From Alphaproteobacteria bacterium (GTDB lineage: Bacteria; Pseudomonadota; Alphaproteobacteria; MPNO01), in contig OZ219866.1 in NCBI GenBank assembly GCA_964291675.2, positions 640,001-704,000 on the forward strand: a stretch of 64,000 nt of DNA, written 5' to 3'. This document shows, one piece after another, positions 46,271-55,706 of the stretch (positions within the stretch are counted from its first letter, which is position 1; the number at the start of each line of letters is the position of its first letter). Both the position numbers and the translations under genes were made by a program. Below the pieces are notes generated by a model that did not search any database, was not told the origin of the DNA, and saw nothing but the letters and a program-made list of their open reading frames with translations.

Positions 46271-48712
46271 ATGAACCGATCCGGTGCAGCCGGAGTTGGC
46301 CTGAGAGGCGCGCTTCCGTTCTCGATCACGCTTCTGATCGCGCCCCCGATCGTCGTCGTTCTGGGACTGGACGCGCTGCCGGACTTCATTCCCTGGGTAA
46401 TCCCATGGGTCGTGTTGCCCCTCATTCCCTTTATCAAGATCGTCGAAACGCTATTCAGGAACGACGTCCCCAACCTCGATCGGAACACGCCAGAGTCCAG
46501 GGTATTCTGGCATATAGCGATCGTTGTGTGTTGGTCGGCGTGTTATCCTGTTCTGGTCATATTCGTACTATGGGCCGTGTGCAATGTACCGACCCTGATC
46601 CTGTACGAGCGCATCGTTCTGCTCGTCTTTTGCGGAATGCTTGGCAGGCTCACCACCATCGCCGCCCACGACCTGATCCACAGACGGCAATTGTGGGCGC
46701 GCAGACTGGGCGAGTTCGCGATGAGCGCCGTTGGTATGCCGCATATCCATACGGAGCATGTGTACATGCACCATCCGAACGTCGCCACGCCCCGGGACGG
46801 GGAATCGGCGCGAATGGGGCAGAGTTACTACAGCTACTTCTTTACGGTGATCCCTTACGCTTACGCGGAAGCGATCCGTATCCAGCATCGCAGGCTGGCG
46901 CGGCGGGGTCTGTCGTTCTGGCACAGATCGAACCCGGTTTGGCGATGGATCGGGATGTCGGTTGCCTGGATCGCGCTCGCCCTTGCCATAGGAGGCTGGC
47001 TGGGGCTCGCCGCGTGGATATTTGTGGTTCTGTTCGCGGCATGGGGAATCAGGGCCGTCGATTATATTCAACACTACGGACTGCAACGCATTCTGCAGCC
47101 GAACGGCAGGTTCGAAAATATCCAGCCGCATCATTCCTGGAATTTTTCGAGCGCCTCGAACTATTTGTATTTTTCCATACAACGCCACTCGGATCACCAC
47201 AGGAGTCCTGCAACCCCCTACCCATTGCTGCAGGGCCTCCCCTCGCGAATAGCCCCGGCCCTTCCAGCCCATTACGGCTCGATGCTGACCCTGGCTCTTT
47301 TTCCCCGGGCGTGGTTCAGAAAAATGAATCCGCTCGTCGAGAAATGGCGGCGTGACTTTTACCCGGATATCAAGGATTGGCGCGCGCTTTCCACCAAGGC
47401 ATATCGACAACGCCCCGGATCGCTTCCCTTGATTTCGGAGATCGTTTACGGCGCGCCATGTCTCGCGAAATACATGGAGCGCAGTTATCCGCTGATAGAC
47501 AGCATCGAGAGCAAGCAATTTCAACAAATCACGATTCCGGAAAACGCGGAGATGGACGCCGACGAACTGATTGCCGCTCAGAGAGGATTGCTGCGGCTCT
47601 ACTACGGTTACGAGTTCGTTTACGACGAAATGATCGAGGATTTCGAGCTTGGTCAAGCGGATATTGCGGAGGACGTCGCCGAGAATTCCCAATTCTGGTG
47701 CAATGACCACGCCTTCCAGCTGGGCGTAAGGGTGATGCGCGGGCATCTGTCCCTTGGCGAGGCAGGGCGTCCCCTTTCGAACATGGCGGATGCCGCGATA
47801 ACCGTGCTGGCGCGGACCGTTCTCGACGAGTTCGTCTCCTGGCACGGCCCGATTGCCGGCGATGGCATCGCCATTGTAGCCCTCGGCAGACTCGGCGAGC
47901 GTCGCATGACCCTGGAAGCCGATGTCGAGTTGATCTTCCTGTCGGATGCGGCGTCCGGTTCGGAAGAGGAAAAATTCGTTCTGGACGATCGTGCCGACGA
48001 GTTCTGCAAGAGATTCAATAAATTCGCGGAGCGTTTGTCGACCGGCAACCTGCTTCTCAAATCGGCCGGTGCGAGATTGCCGACCGGTGGAGCCCGCAAC
48101 GTTACCGGCACGCTGGCGCGTTTTGCGAACGGCGGTCAGGACCCGGATGCAAATTTCCTGCGCGAAGTGGCGTCGGCGCGGATCGTTTGCGCGTCGGGCG
48201 ACAATATCGGGGAATTGACGAAGCGGTTCGAGGAAGCCAAAGGATCGATTCTCCGTCGGCATGCCGCCTCTGCCGCCGATATTCGTCGGTCGTCCTCCTC
48301 CCGGCCTCCGAACCCGGGAGGCGAGCGGTCGCTTCATGCCATATTGGAAGGCCCGGGCGGTCTGGACGACCTCGAGCTTGCCGCGCTCCGCATCCGTCTG
48401 CGCCATATCGAAAGCCATGCCGATATCGTACTCGACAGCGGTCCGGCGCCGCTCCTGACGAAGTCGGGAGAGCACGGACTTCTCGAACCGCAAACCGCGG
48501 AGGAGCTCGCGGAGGCGGCGAACTTCCTGCTGGGTCTGGAATGTATCCTGTCGCTGGTGCAAGACCGGAAGCCCGACGAGGCACAATGGGAGGACTCGGT
48601 CAAAGCCACCGTGGCCCGGGCCTGCGACGCCAAAGACTTCGACGATGTCGTGGCGAAGGCGGAGGAGTCGGCCGCCCGCGTCGCCGCGCATCTGGACACG
48701 CCGACGGCATAG
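46271..48712 (+). CDS. AlkB-type membrane diiron hydroxylase fused to a GlnE-like nucleotidyltransferase domain
   Basis: His boxes HDLIH, EHVYMHH, YIQHYGL and QRHSDHH; C-terminal LSNMADAAI...IVALGRLGERRMTLEADVELIFL...GGLDDLE. Confidence 0.82.
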   Translation: MNRSGAAGVGLRGALPFSITLLIAPPIVVVLGLDALPDFIPWVIPWVVLPLIPFIKIVETLFRNDVPNLDRNTPESRVFWHIAIVVCWSACYPVLVIFVLWAVCNVPTLILYERIVLLVFCGMLGRLTTIAAHDLIHRRQLWARRLGEFAMSAVGMPHIHTEHVYMHHPNVATPRDGESARMGQSYYSYFFTVIPYAYAEAIRIQHRRLARRGLSFWHRSNPVWRWIGMSVAWIALALAIGGWLGLAAWIFVVLFAAWGIRAVDYIQHYGLQRILQPNGRFENIQPHHSWNFSSASNYLYFSIQRHSDHHRSPATPYPLLQGLPSRIAPALPAHYGSMLTLALFPRAWFRKMNPLVEKWRRDFYPDIKDWRALSTKAYRQRPGSLPLISEIVYGAPCLAKYMERSYPLIDSIESKQFQQITIPENAEMDADELIAAQRGLLRLYYGYEFVYDEMIEDFELGQADIAEDVAENSQFWCNDHAFQLGVRVMRGHLSLGEAGRPLSNMADAAITVLARTVLDEFVSWHGPIAGDGIAIVALGRLGERRMTLEADVELIFLSDAASGSEEEKFVLDDRADEFCKRFNKFAERLSTGNLLLKSAGARLPTGGARNVTGTLARFANGGQDPDANFLREVASARIVCASGDNIGELTKRFEEAKGSILRRHAASAADIRRSSSSRPPNPGGERSLHAILEGPGGLDDLELAALRIRLRHIESHADIVLDSGPAPLLTKSGEHGLLEPQTAEELAEAANFLLGLECILSLVQDRKPDEAQWEDSVKATVARACDAKDFDDVVAKAEESAARVAAHLDTPTA

Positions 48713-48847
48713 GCGCGCTCATGGACCGGATCCGGACCGTCGGTTGCCGATGCCGATAACGTCGGAATAAATTTTCGAACGTTCGGGCGTGTAACGGTTC
48801 CGGCCGCGGTCGGGCCGCCGCGTAGATCGAAGGGAAATCGAGGGGCT

Positions 48848-49894
48848 ATGGACATCTCTCCGGCAATTGTCGTCAGCTCCGGGCGCTGCGGTTCGACCAT
48901 GCTGTCCGACATTCTGAACTCGCATCCCGATATTCTCAGCGTATCCGAACTGTTTATCCTGCAGGGCCGCGCGTTGCTCAACTTCCGGCGTCTGACCGGC
49001 AACGAGATGTGGAGCATCGTCAGCAAGCAGACAAGGGCGCAGCGGCGGCAACTGGACAGCCACTCCGATGCGCTGCTGTACCCCGTCGGCACCCCGCGCG
49101 GCCGCTATTCCGGAGCGGACATACCCCCCGTTTCATGGGTTACGCTTCCGCATATCACCGATCGGCCCGACGCCCTGCTCGACGAGCTCGAGCCGCTGAT
49201 CCGCTCGCAGCCGCGCCAATATGCGGCCGATCATTATCGGGCGATTTTCGCGTGGCTGTGCCGGAAGTTCGACCGCAAGGTCTGGGTGGAACGCTCGGGC
49301 GGCACCGGGATGTATGTGCACAGATTCGCGAGAATGTTTCCCGAGGCGAGGTACATCCATCTCTACCGCGACGGGCGCGATACCGCCATTTCCATGAAGA
49401 AGCATCCCGTATTCCGCGAAGCCCTGCGCTATTTCTCGACCATGCGAGGGTACGGCATGGACGCGATGAAGCCGATGACGGGGGCCTCGGGAAACGCGTT
49501 CCGGGACTGGGCGATCCTGCGTTCGCAACTTCTCGTATACCTCGTCTTCCTGTTCAACAGGGCAAGAAAAAGAGATCTTCCGCTTCCCGAATTCGGCAAG
49601 TTCTGGTCGGATGTCGTGGACATGACGGACGGGTTTCTCGACACGCTTCCTCCGGAAAAGGTGCTGCGCGTGCGGTTCGAGGACATGCAGAACGAGCCGG
49701 AGAAGGAGATCGCTCGCCTCGCAAGATTTCTCGACCCGTCTCTCGAAGATCCGGAATGGGTGAAGAAGGCGGCAGGCATTCCCCACCCGACGCGCTCGAG
49801 AGTGGGAGACCTTGCCCCCGCCGAACGCGACGCACTGACCGAAGCCTGCCGAAGCAGCCTCGACCGCCTCGGTTACGACCCGCGGCAGGGATGA
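48848..49894 (+). CDS. PAPS-dependent sulfotransferase (paralog of 41162-42202)
   Basis: SGRCGSTML, WVERSGG, LYRDGRDTAIS and VRFEDM motifs. Confidence 0.88.
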   Translation: MDISPAIVVSSGRCGSTMLSDILNSHPDILSVSELFILQGRALLNFRRLTGNEMWSIVSKQTRAQRRQLDSHSDALLYPVGTPRGRYSGADIPPVSWVTLPHITDRPDALLDELEPLIRSQPRQYAADHYRAIFAWLCRKFDRKVWVERSGGTGMYVHRFARMFPEARYIHLYRDGRDTAISMKKHPVFREALRYFSTMRGYGMDAMKPMTGASGNAFRDWAILRSQLLVYLVFLFNRARKRDLPLPEFGKFWSDVVDMTDGFLDTLPPEKVLRVRFEDMQNEPEKEIARLARFLDPSLEDPEWVKKAAGIPHPTRSRVGDLAPAERDALTEACRSSLDRLGYDPRQG

Positions 49895-49904
49895 TCGTCC
49901 CGTA

Positions 49905-52900
49905 CTAGACCGGGGCCGGGGTCTCCGCCTCCCGGCCGGGACGGGGGTTTCGGCCCCGGAGGATGCCTCTCAGATCCGTCTGGATCGCCAGCAATGACGG
50001 CACGACAAACAGCACCAGCAAGGTGGCAATCATGAGACCGAACACGATCGTGATCCCCATCGGTATGAGGAAGCGGGCCTGAAGGTCGGTCTCGAACATC
50101 AACGGCGTGAGACCGCCGATCGTGGTAATCGCGGTCAGCACGATGGCGCGCAGCCGGTCGCGAGTCCCGAGCGCGATAGCCTCGTACTCCGCCTCGCCGC
50201 CCTCTATCCGCTCCTCGATGACCGAGACCAGAATGATGGAAGCGTTTACGACGATACCGGACAAGCCGATAAGTGCGATCAGGCTGAGAATTGTCAGATC
50301 GTACCCCATCGCATAGTGTCCCGCGACGGCCCCGACGAAACCCATGGGAATAATCGACATGACCACGATCGGCCGCGTGTAGCTGGCAAGTACCCACGCC
50401 AGGGTGACGAAAATCAGCATCAGGCCGATCGCGGCGCCGAAGCCCATGTCCCTGAACGTGCGCCGCTGCTCCCTGTCGCGCCCATCGAACCTGTAGGCGA
50501 CCCCGTGCCGCCGGGCGATATCGCCGAGCCCCTCCCTTTCCAGCTCCTGAATGACCTTCTGGGTCGTGATAACCGAAGGGTTCAGGTCGGCGGTGATCGC
50601 CACCTCGCGTTTGCCGTCTTCGCTCTTGACTCGGGCGAAGCCGAGCTCGTCGCGAAAGTTCGCTATCGACGAAAGGGGGACGAAATCGCGGTTCGGCGCC
50701 CGCAGGTACAGATTATGGAGGGCCTCGGAGGTCGAGCGTTCCTCCGGAAACCGCACCCGGACGGCAATTTCCTCGTCCCCCCGGGCGAACCGCATCGCAA
50801 CGATCCCCTCGAAGGCGTTGCGCACCTGCCGCCCGGCGCTTTGGGCGGTGATATTCAGCGCCTGTCCCACGGGTGTCAGTTCCAGGTTCGATTCGGGCTT
50901 GCCGTACGGCAGGTCGTCCTGCAGCGCGGACACGCCCGGAATCGTCCGCAAGAGAGACTTGACGTCCTCCGCCGCCGCTTTCAGCCGCGCCGTGGACCCG
51001 CCTGACAAGCGTATGTCCACGTCCCGGCCCGGCGGACCTCCGAAAGCCGCCTTGACGGTCAATTGCCGCAAACCGGACATGCGGCGAATTTCCTCCTCCC
51101 ACGCCGCGATGAACCGGGCCGAATCGATCTTCCGGAGCTCCGTCGACTGGAGCTGCACGAACATGCCGGCCAAGTGAGATCCTCTGACGGGAACCTCCCA
51201 GGGACGCGCCCCTATGCCGCTGCCGACGACACCGTAATGAAACCGGACCACGTCGCCGCCCTTTCCCGAACCCGACAACCGCCGATCCACCGCCTCGACA
51301 GATCGCTCCAGTTCCCGGAGCATCAGTCGCGTCCGGCTCTCCGGGGTGCCCGCGGTAAACCACAGATTGGCATAGATGGTGTCCGCTTCGGGCGCTGGAA
51401 AGAAGACGAAATCCACACGCCCCCCGGCGACGAGCGCGGAAGCGCCGATCAGCGCGGTGACGGCCATCGCCACGGTCGTGTAGCGCCAGCGCATCGTCAG
51501 CCGCAGGACGGGAAGAAAGATCTCGTTGCGAAAACGCTCGAAGCCGCGGTCGAACCCGAGTTTGACGGCCAGCAGGACCCGGACGATCGCCCGCATCGAA
51601 ACCAGTAGCGGAACCGCGGGCCAGAGCCACAGGAGCCCGACCCCGAACAGGGGGGAAAGCAGGCCCGTCCTCGTGCGCTTGCGTTCTTCCCCCTCCAGGG
51701 CGTGGCGCATGTGTCCGGGCAGCACCAGAAAACATTCGATCAGGCTGGCGGCGATCACCGCGACCACCACGATGGGGACGGTACGGATAATCGCGCCGAT
51801 GGTGTCGGTTATCAGCAACAACGGCAGGAACGCGGCGATCGTCGTGATCGACGCGCAGAACACCGGCGCCGCCATGCGGCGGGCGGCCGTTTCGGCCGCG
51901 GTCCAGGCGTCGAGGCCTCGACGGTGCAAGGCTTCCGAATGTTCTCCCACGACAATTGCGTCATCGACGACGATGCCCACGACCATAATGATGGCGAACA
52001 TGCTGAGCATGTTTATGGATTGACCCGCGAACCACATGACCAACATGGTTGCGGCGAGCGCAATCGGGATGCCCGCGGCGACCCAGAAGGCCACCCGCGC
52101 GTTGAGAAACAGGAACAGAACGGTCAGCACGATCGCCAGACCCATCGCGCCGTTCTCGATCAACAGGTCCAGACGGCTTCGGATGAGCTCGGACTGGATG
52201 TCGAAGGTCTCTATGTTGAGGTTCGGCGGCAGGGTCGATCGGATTTCCTCCAGATAGGCCGACACCGTGTCCGCGATGGCCAGCGCATCCGCGTCCGGCG
52301 TTCGCATGGCCTGCAACACGATGGCCCGGTCGCCGTTGCGCCAGTAGGTGGCGCTGTCGTCGTCGAAACCCACGCGTACATCCGCGATGTCGCGCAGGAG
52401 CAACCGTTCTCCGTCGGTGAGCGGCTGTACGTCGATCTCCCCCAGCTCCCGCGCGGAAGCGATGCGGCCCGAACTGCGAATTTGCCGCTGCGCCCGGCCG
52501 GCGACCTCCCCGGAGGGCACGTTATCGGTGGCCGCCCGAATCTGCCGGGCGACGTCGTCGAGGCCAATTTGCAGACGGCGCAGGGTTTCCGGGGGAATTT
52601 CCACCAGGATTTCCTCGTTCCGGAAGCCCGAGAGATTGACCTTGTCGACTCCCCGATCGAGCAGCCCGTCCCGGATCTGCGTCGCGTAGCTCTTCAACGC
52701 GGTCTCGGAATACGGCCCTGAAATCAGGATCCGGGACAACCCGTCATAGCGAACGATTCGTCTCACCTGCGGCGTTTCCGAGTCTTCCGGCAGCGTTGCG
52801 ATCTGGCCGACGGCCATCTCGACGTTCGACAACGCCCTCTGCATGTCCGAACCCGGTTCGAACTCTATGAAAACGCTGGCGCGACCCTCGAATGCGGTGG

Positions 52901-53228
52901 TTTTCACGCTCCGTACGTCATCGATGAATCTGACCTCTCGATCGACGGCCCTGACGATATTGGCGTCGACGTCGGCGGCGCTGGCCGCCGGCCACGTAAT
53001 CGAAACCGCGATAGTGTCGACGCCGAAATCGGGAAAGAACTGGGTCGTCATCCTGTTCAGACCGAAAGCGCCCGCGATGAGCATCAGGACCATAAGGAGG
53101 TTGGCCGCGGTGCGGTGTCGCACGAAAAGGCCGATCGGACCCCGCGTTTCGCGGGCGGGACGCGGAACGCGCTCGTTCGTGCCCGCGCCGTCCGACGTTC
53201 GTTCCGTTCGGTCCGGAGAGGCGGTCAT
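49905..53228 (-). CDS. RND efflux transporter permease (AcrB family)
   Basis: AANLLM, GIVVDDAIVVGE, GIVVNASI and RLRAIVLTAITT motifs; 1107 aa. Confidence 0.93.
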   Translation of the reverse strand: MTASPDRTERTSDGAGTNERVPRPARETRGPIGLFVRHRTAANLLMVLMLIAGAFGLNRMTTQFFPDFGVDTIAVSITWPAASAADVDANIVRAVDREVRFIDDVRSVKTTAFEGRASVFIEFEPGSDMQRALSNVEMAVGQIATLPEDSETPQVRRIVRYDGLSRILISGPYSETALKSYATQIRDGLLDRGVDKVNLSGFRNEEILVEIPPETLRRLQIGLDDVARQIRAATDNVPSGEVAGRAQRQIRSSGRIASARELGEIDVQPLTDGERLLLRDIADVRVGFDDDSATYWRNGDRAIVLQAMRTPDADALAIADTVSAYLEEIRSTLPPNLNIETFDIQSELIRSRLDLLIENGAMGLAIVLTVLFLFLNARVAFWVAAGIPIALAATMLVMWFAGQSINMLSMFAIIMVVGIVVDDAIVVGEHSEALHRRGLDAWTAAETAARRMAAPVFCASITTIAAFLPLLLITDTIGAIIRTVPIVVVAVIAASLIECFLVLPGHMRHALEGEERKRTRTGLLSPLFGVGLLWLWPAVPLLVSMRAIVRVLLAVKLGFDRGFERFRNEIFLPVLRLTMRWRYTTVAMAVTALIGASALVAGGRVDFVFFPAPEADTIYANLWFTAGTPESRTRLMLRELERSVEAVDRRLSGSGKGGDVVRFHYGVVGSGIGARPWEVPVRGSHLAGMFVQLQSTELRKIDSARFIAAWEEEIRRMSGLRQLTVKAAFGGPPGRDVDIRLSGGSTARLKAAAEDVKSLLRTIPGVSALQDDLPYGKPESNLELTPVGQALNITAQSAGRQVRNAFEGIVAMRFARGDEEIAVRVRFPEERSTSEALHNLYLRAPNRDFVPLSSIANFRDELGFARVKSEDGKREVAITADLNPSVITTQKVIQELEREGLGDIARRHGVAYRFDGRDREQRRTFRDMGFGAAIGLMLIFVTLAWVLASYTRPIVVMSIIPMGFVGAVAGHYAMGYDLTILSLIALIGLSGIVVNASIILVSVIEERIEGGEAEYEAIALGTRDRLRAIVLTAITTIGGLTPLMFETDLQARFLIPMGITIVFGLMIATLLVLFVVPSLLAIQTDLRGILRGRNPRPGREAETPAPV

Positions 53229-54571
53229 CGTTGCGACAGCAGGGGCGTTCCGGAGACCGGACGGTAGCTGACCTTGACGCCTGGACCGATTTCCGGAAAC
53301 GTGCGAGCCACGATCTGGTCGCCGTCGTGGATTCGACCCCTGACCAGGACGTCGTTTCCGACGCGCCCGGCGACCGTGACCCCGCGCCGTTCCAACCGAT
53401 CGCCATTCACGGCATATGCGAACCGGTTTCCCTGCAAGGCCTCTTCCGGCAATCGGTAGACGTCCTCGTAGGATGCGTCCTGCATCGTGACCTCGACGAA
53501 GACGCCGGGCCGCAGGAGTGTGGAGGTGTCCGTTCCCCTCAGCTCCGCGAACAGGTTCACACCGCCGCTGCCGCTCGTTACCGAGCCGGACACCCGCACG
53601 ATCGTCGCTTCGAAAGCAAAATCCTGCCCCGCTGTCTTCCAGATGACGGTCGCCGGCGTTCCGACGATCTTTCCGTCTCGGATCAAACGTCCGTATTGAG
53701 CGTCCGTCACCTGAAACTTCGCCTCGAAGCGGTTGGCGTCGGTCAGGCGCACGATCTTGTCGTTTGCGCCGACCCGTTTGCCGATCCCGGTCGAGATTTC
53801 ATGCAGGAAGCCGTCGAACGGGGCGACCAGGCGCGTGTCTCGCTCGTTTCGCACCGCCTGGGAGAGCGCGCCTTCGGCCCGGGCGATCGCGGCCGTCTGC
53901 TGGTCGATGCGCGCGCCCAAAGTGTTGACGCGCCGCAGCCTGTCCTCCAGCCGCTGCCGTTGATTGTTGAGCGCGAGCTTGGCGTCATCGAGGGATTTTT
54001 CGGTGCCGACACCGCGATCGAACAACGCCTGGCGACGGGCAAGATTGCGTCGCCGCAGCTCGGTTTGCGCCCGTTCGTGCTCGACCAGCGCTCTCTCGCC
54101 TTCGAGGTCCGCCCGGAGCTCTTCCAGTCGACCCTGGGCCTCGGCCAGCTGCGACCTGCGTTCCGCAACCGCGATCCGGTAACCGAAGGGATCGATCTGG
54201 ACCACGAGTTCGTTTTTCCGGACGATGCCGCCCTCGGAGAAATTCGGGGCGACGCGAACCACGCGGCCCGAAACCAACGGCCGGAGTTCGACCTCCCGGC
54301 CGGCGACGATGTGGCCGTAAAGCACCAGCCGCGGGGTAATCGTGGTCCGCGAAGCCGTCACCGTATCGACCAGGTGAACCTTCTCTTCCAGGGCAGCCCG
54401 CACGATCGTCGGCCTGCTGGACTTCATATGATAAAACAGAAGGACTCCCGCCCCGATGACAACCACCGGGGTGACCGTCTTGAGCGCGAACACGACGCCC
54501 CGTCCGACCGATCGGATAACCCGGGCGCCTCGTCCGCGCGGCGGCGAAGCGGCAGCTGTTCCCTGAGTCAT
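53225..54571 (-). CDS. RND periplasmic adaptor (membrane fusion protein)
   Basis: N-terminal TM, VSGRV, long coiled coil, APFDG and LRPG.FV; overlaps the permease start. Confidence 0.9.
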   Translation of the reverse strand: MTQGTAAASPPRGRGARVIRSVGRGVVFALKTVTPVVVIGAGVLLFYHMKSSRPTIVRAALEEKVHLVDTVTASRTTITPRLVLYGHIVAGREVELRPLVSGRVVRVAPNFSEGGIVRKNELVVQIDPFGYRIAVAERRSQLAEAQGRLEELRADLEGERALVEHERAQTELRRRNLARRQALFDRGVGTEKSLDDAKLALNNQRQRLEDRLRRVNTLGARIDQQTAAIARAEGALSQAVRNERDTRLVAPFDGFLHEISTGIGKRVGANDKIVRLTDANRFEAKFQVTDAQYGRLIRDGKIVGTPATVIWKTAGQDFAFEATIVRVSGSVTSGSGGVNLFAELRGTDTSTLLRPGVFVEVTMQDASYEDVYRLPEEALQGNRFAYAVNGDRLERRGVTVAGRVGNDVLVRGRIHDGDQIVARTFPEIGPGVKVSYRPVSGTPLLSQR

Positions 54572-54906
54572 GAGCGGCGTCCCTATGGGAGAACGGTCAG
54601 ACTCATTCCGCGGGTCGACGGAGGCATTAAGGGAAGCAAGCAGCTTCGACCGAGGTGGGCGCGTTTCACCATGACCGCTCGGTACCGCTGCCCGACGTTC
54701 GCCCCATAATCAACAAGCCTTGGCCTGCGGTCTTGCTCAGCGTTGCCCGAAGGCGTTTGAAGACGGCTGAATCTGTAATGTTTCTTGCCATCTGTGGCAA
54801 GAGACAGAGTCCACACCTTATCTTGGTCGATGTCCAGCGCCTCCGGTTTGCGTGCGAATATGCTAACACTGCGTGCCATGAGGCAACCCGCCCAAGATGA
54901 ATTGCG

Positions 54907-55650
54907 ATGATCGAAATCGATTGCGTTGCGGCCATTGCGCGCGAAGCCGGAGAGAGGATTCTCGAAATTGCGCGGCGGGGCGCCAAGGCGCGCGAGAAGG
55001 AGGACCGTTCGCCGGTCACGGACGCCGACGAGGCCGCGCACCGCGTGATCGTCGAGCGGCTGCGCGCGCTCACGCCAGACATCCCGGTGGTGTCGGAAGA
55101 GAGCGCCGAACCCGCCGTCGCCGGGCCCGGGTTCTGGCTGGTGGACCCGCTCGACGGCACCCGCGAGTTCATCGACGGAAACGATGAATACACCGTGAAT
55201 ATCGCGCTGGTGGAAGCCGGAAACCCGGTGCTCGGCGTGGTCCTCGCGCCGGCGCGCGGCGTGCTCTATGGCGGCGCGGCGGGCCAGGGGGCGTGGCGAC
55301 AGTACCGGGACACGCCGCGAACGCCCATCGCGGCGCGAAGCATTCCCGAAACCGGGCCGGTCGCGGCGATCAGCCGGTCGCACTCCAACGCGGAGACCGA
55401 TGCCTGGCTCGCCCGGGCCGGCGTGACGGAAACCGTGCGCGCGGGATCGTCGCTGAAGTTTTGCCTGATCGCCGAGGGGACCGTCGACGTCTATCCACGG
55501 CTGGGGCGCACAAGGGAATGGGACACCGCCGCCGCCCATGCCGTGCTGTCGGCCGCCGCGGGTTCCGTATCCACGCTGGCGGGAACGCCTCTCACCTACG
55601 GCAAGCCCAGCCTCGAAAACCCCCATTTCGTCGCGCGCGGCCGCCAATAG
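54907..55650 (+). CDS. cysQ: 3'(2'),5'-bisphosphate nucleotidase
   Basis: SPVTDAD, VSEE, WLVDPLDGTREF, GSSLKFC and EWDTAAAHA motifs. Confidence 0.93.
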   Translation: MIEIDCVAAIAREAGERILEIARRGAKAREKEDRSPVTDADEAAHRVIVERLRALTPDIPVVSEESAEPAVAGPGFWLVDPLDGTREFIDGNDEYTVNIALVEAGNPVLGVVLAPARGVLYGGAAGQGAWRQYRDTPRTPIAARSIPETGPVAAISRSHSNAETDAWLARAGVTETVRAGSSLKFCLIAEGTVDVYPRLGRTREWDTAAAHAVLSAAAGSVSTLAGTPLTYGKPSLENPHFVARGRQ

Positions 55651-55706
55651 CCTGCGATGTTCGTCGCCAGGCTTATCCCCGGCGAGCCCATCGCGCGCCG
55701 TCGCGA

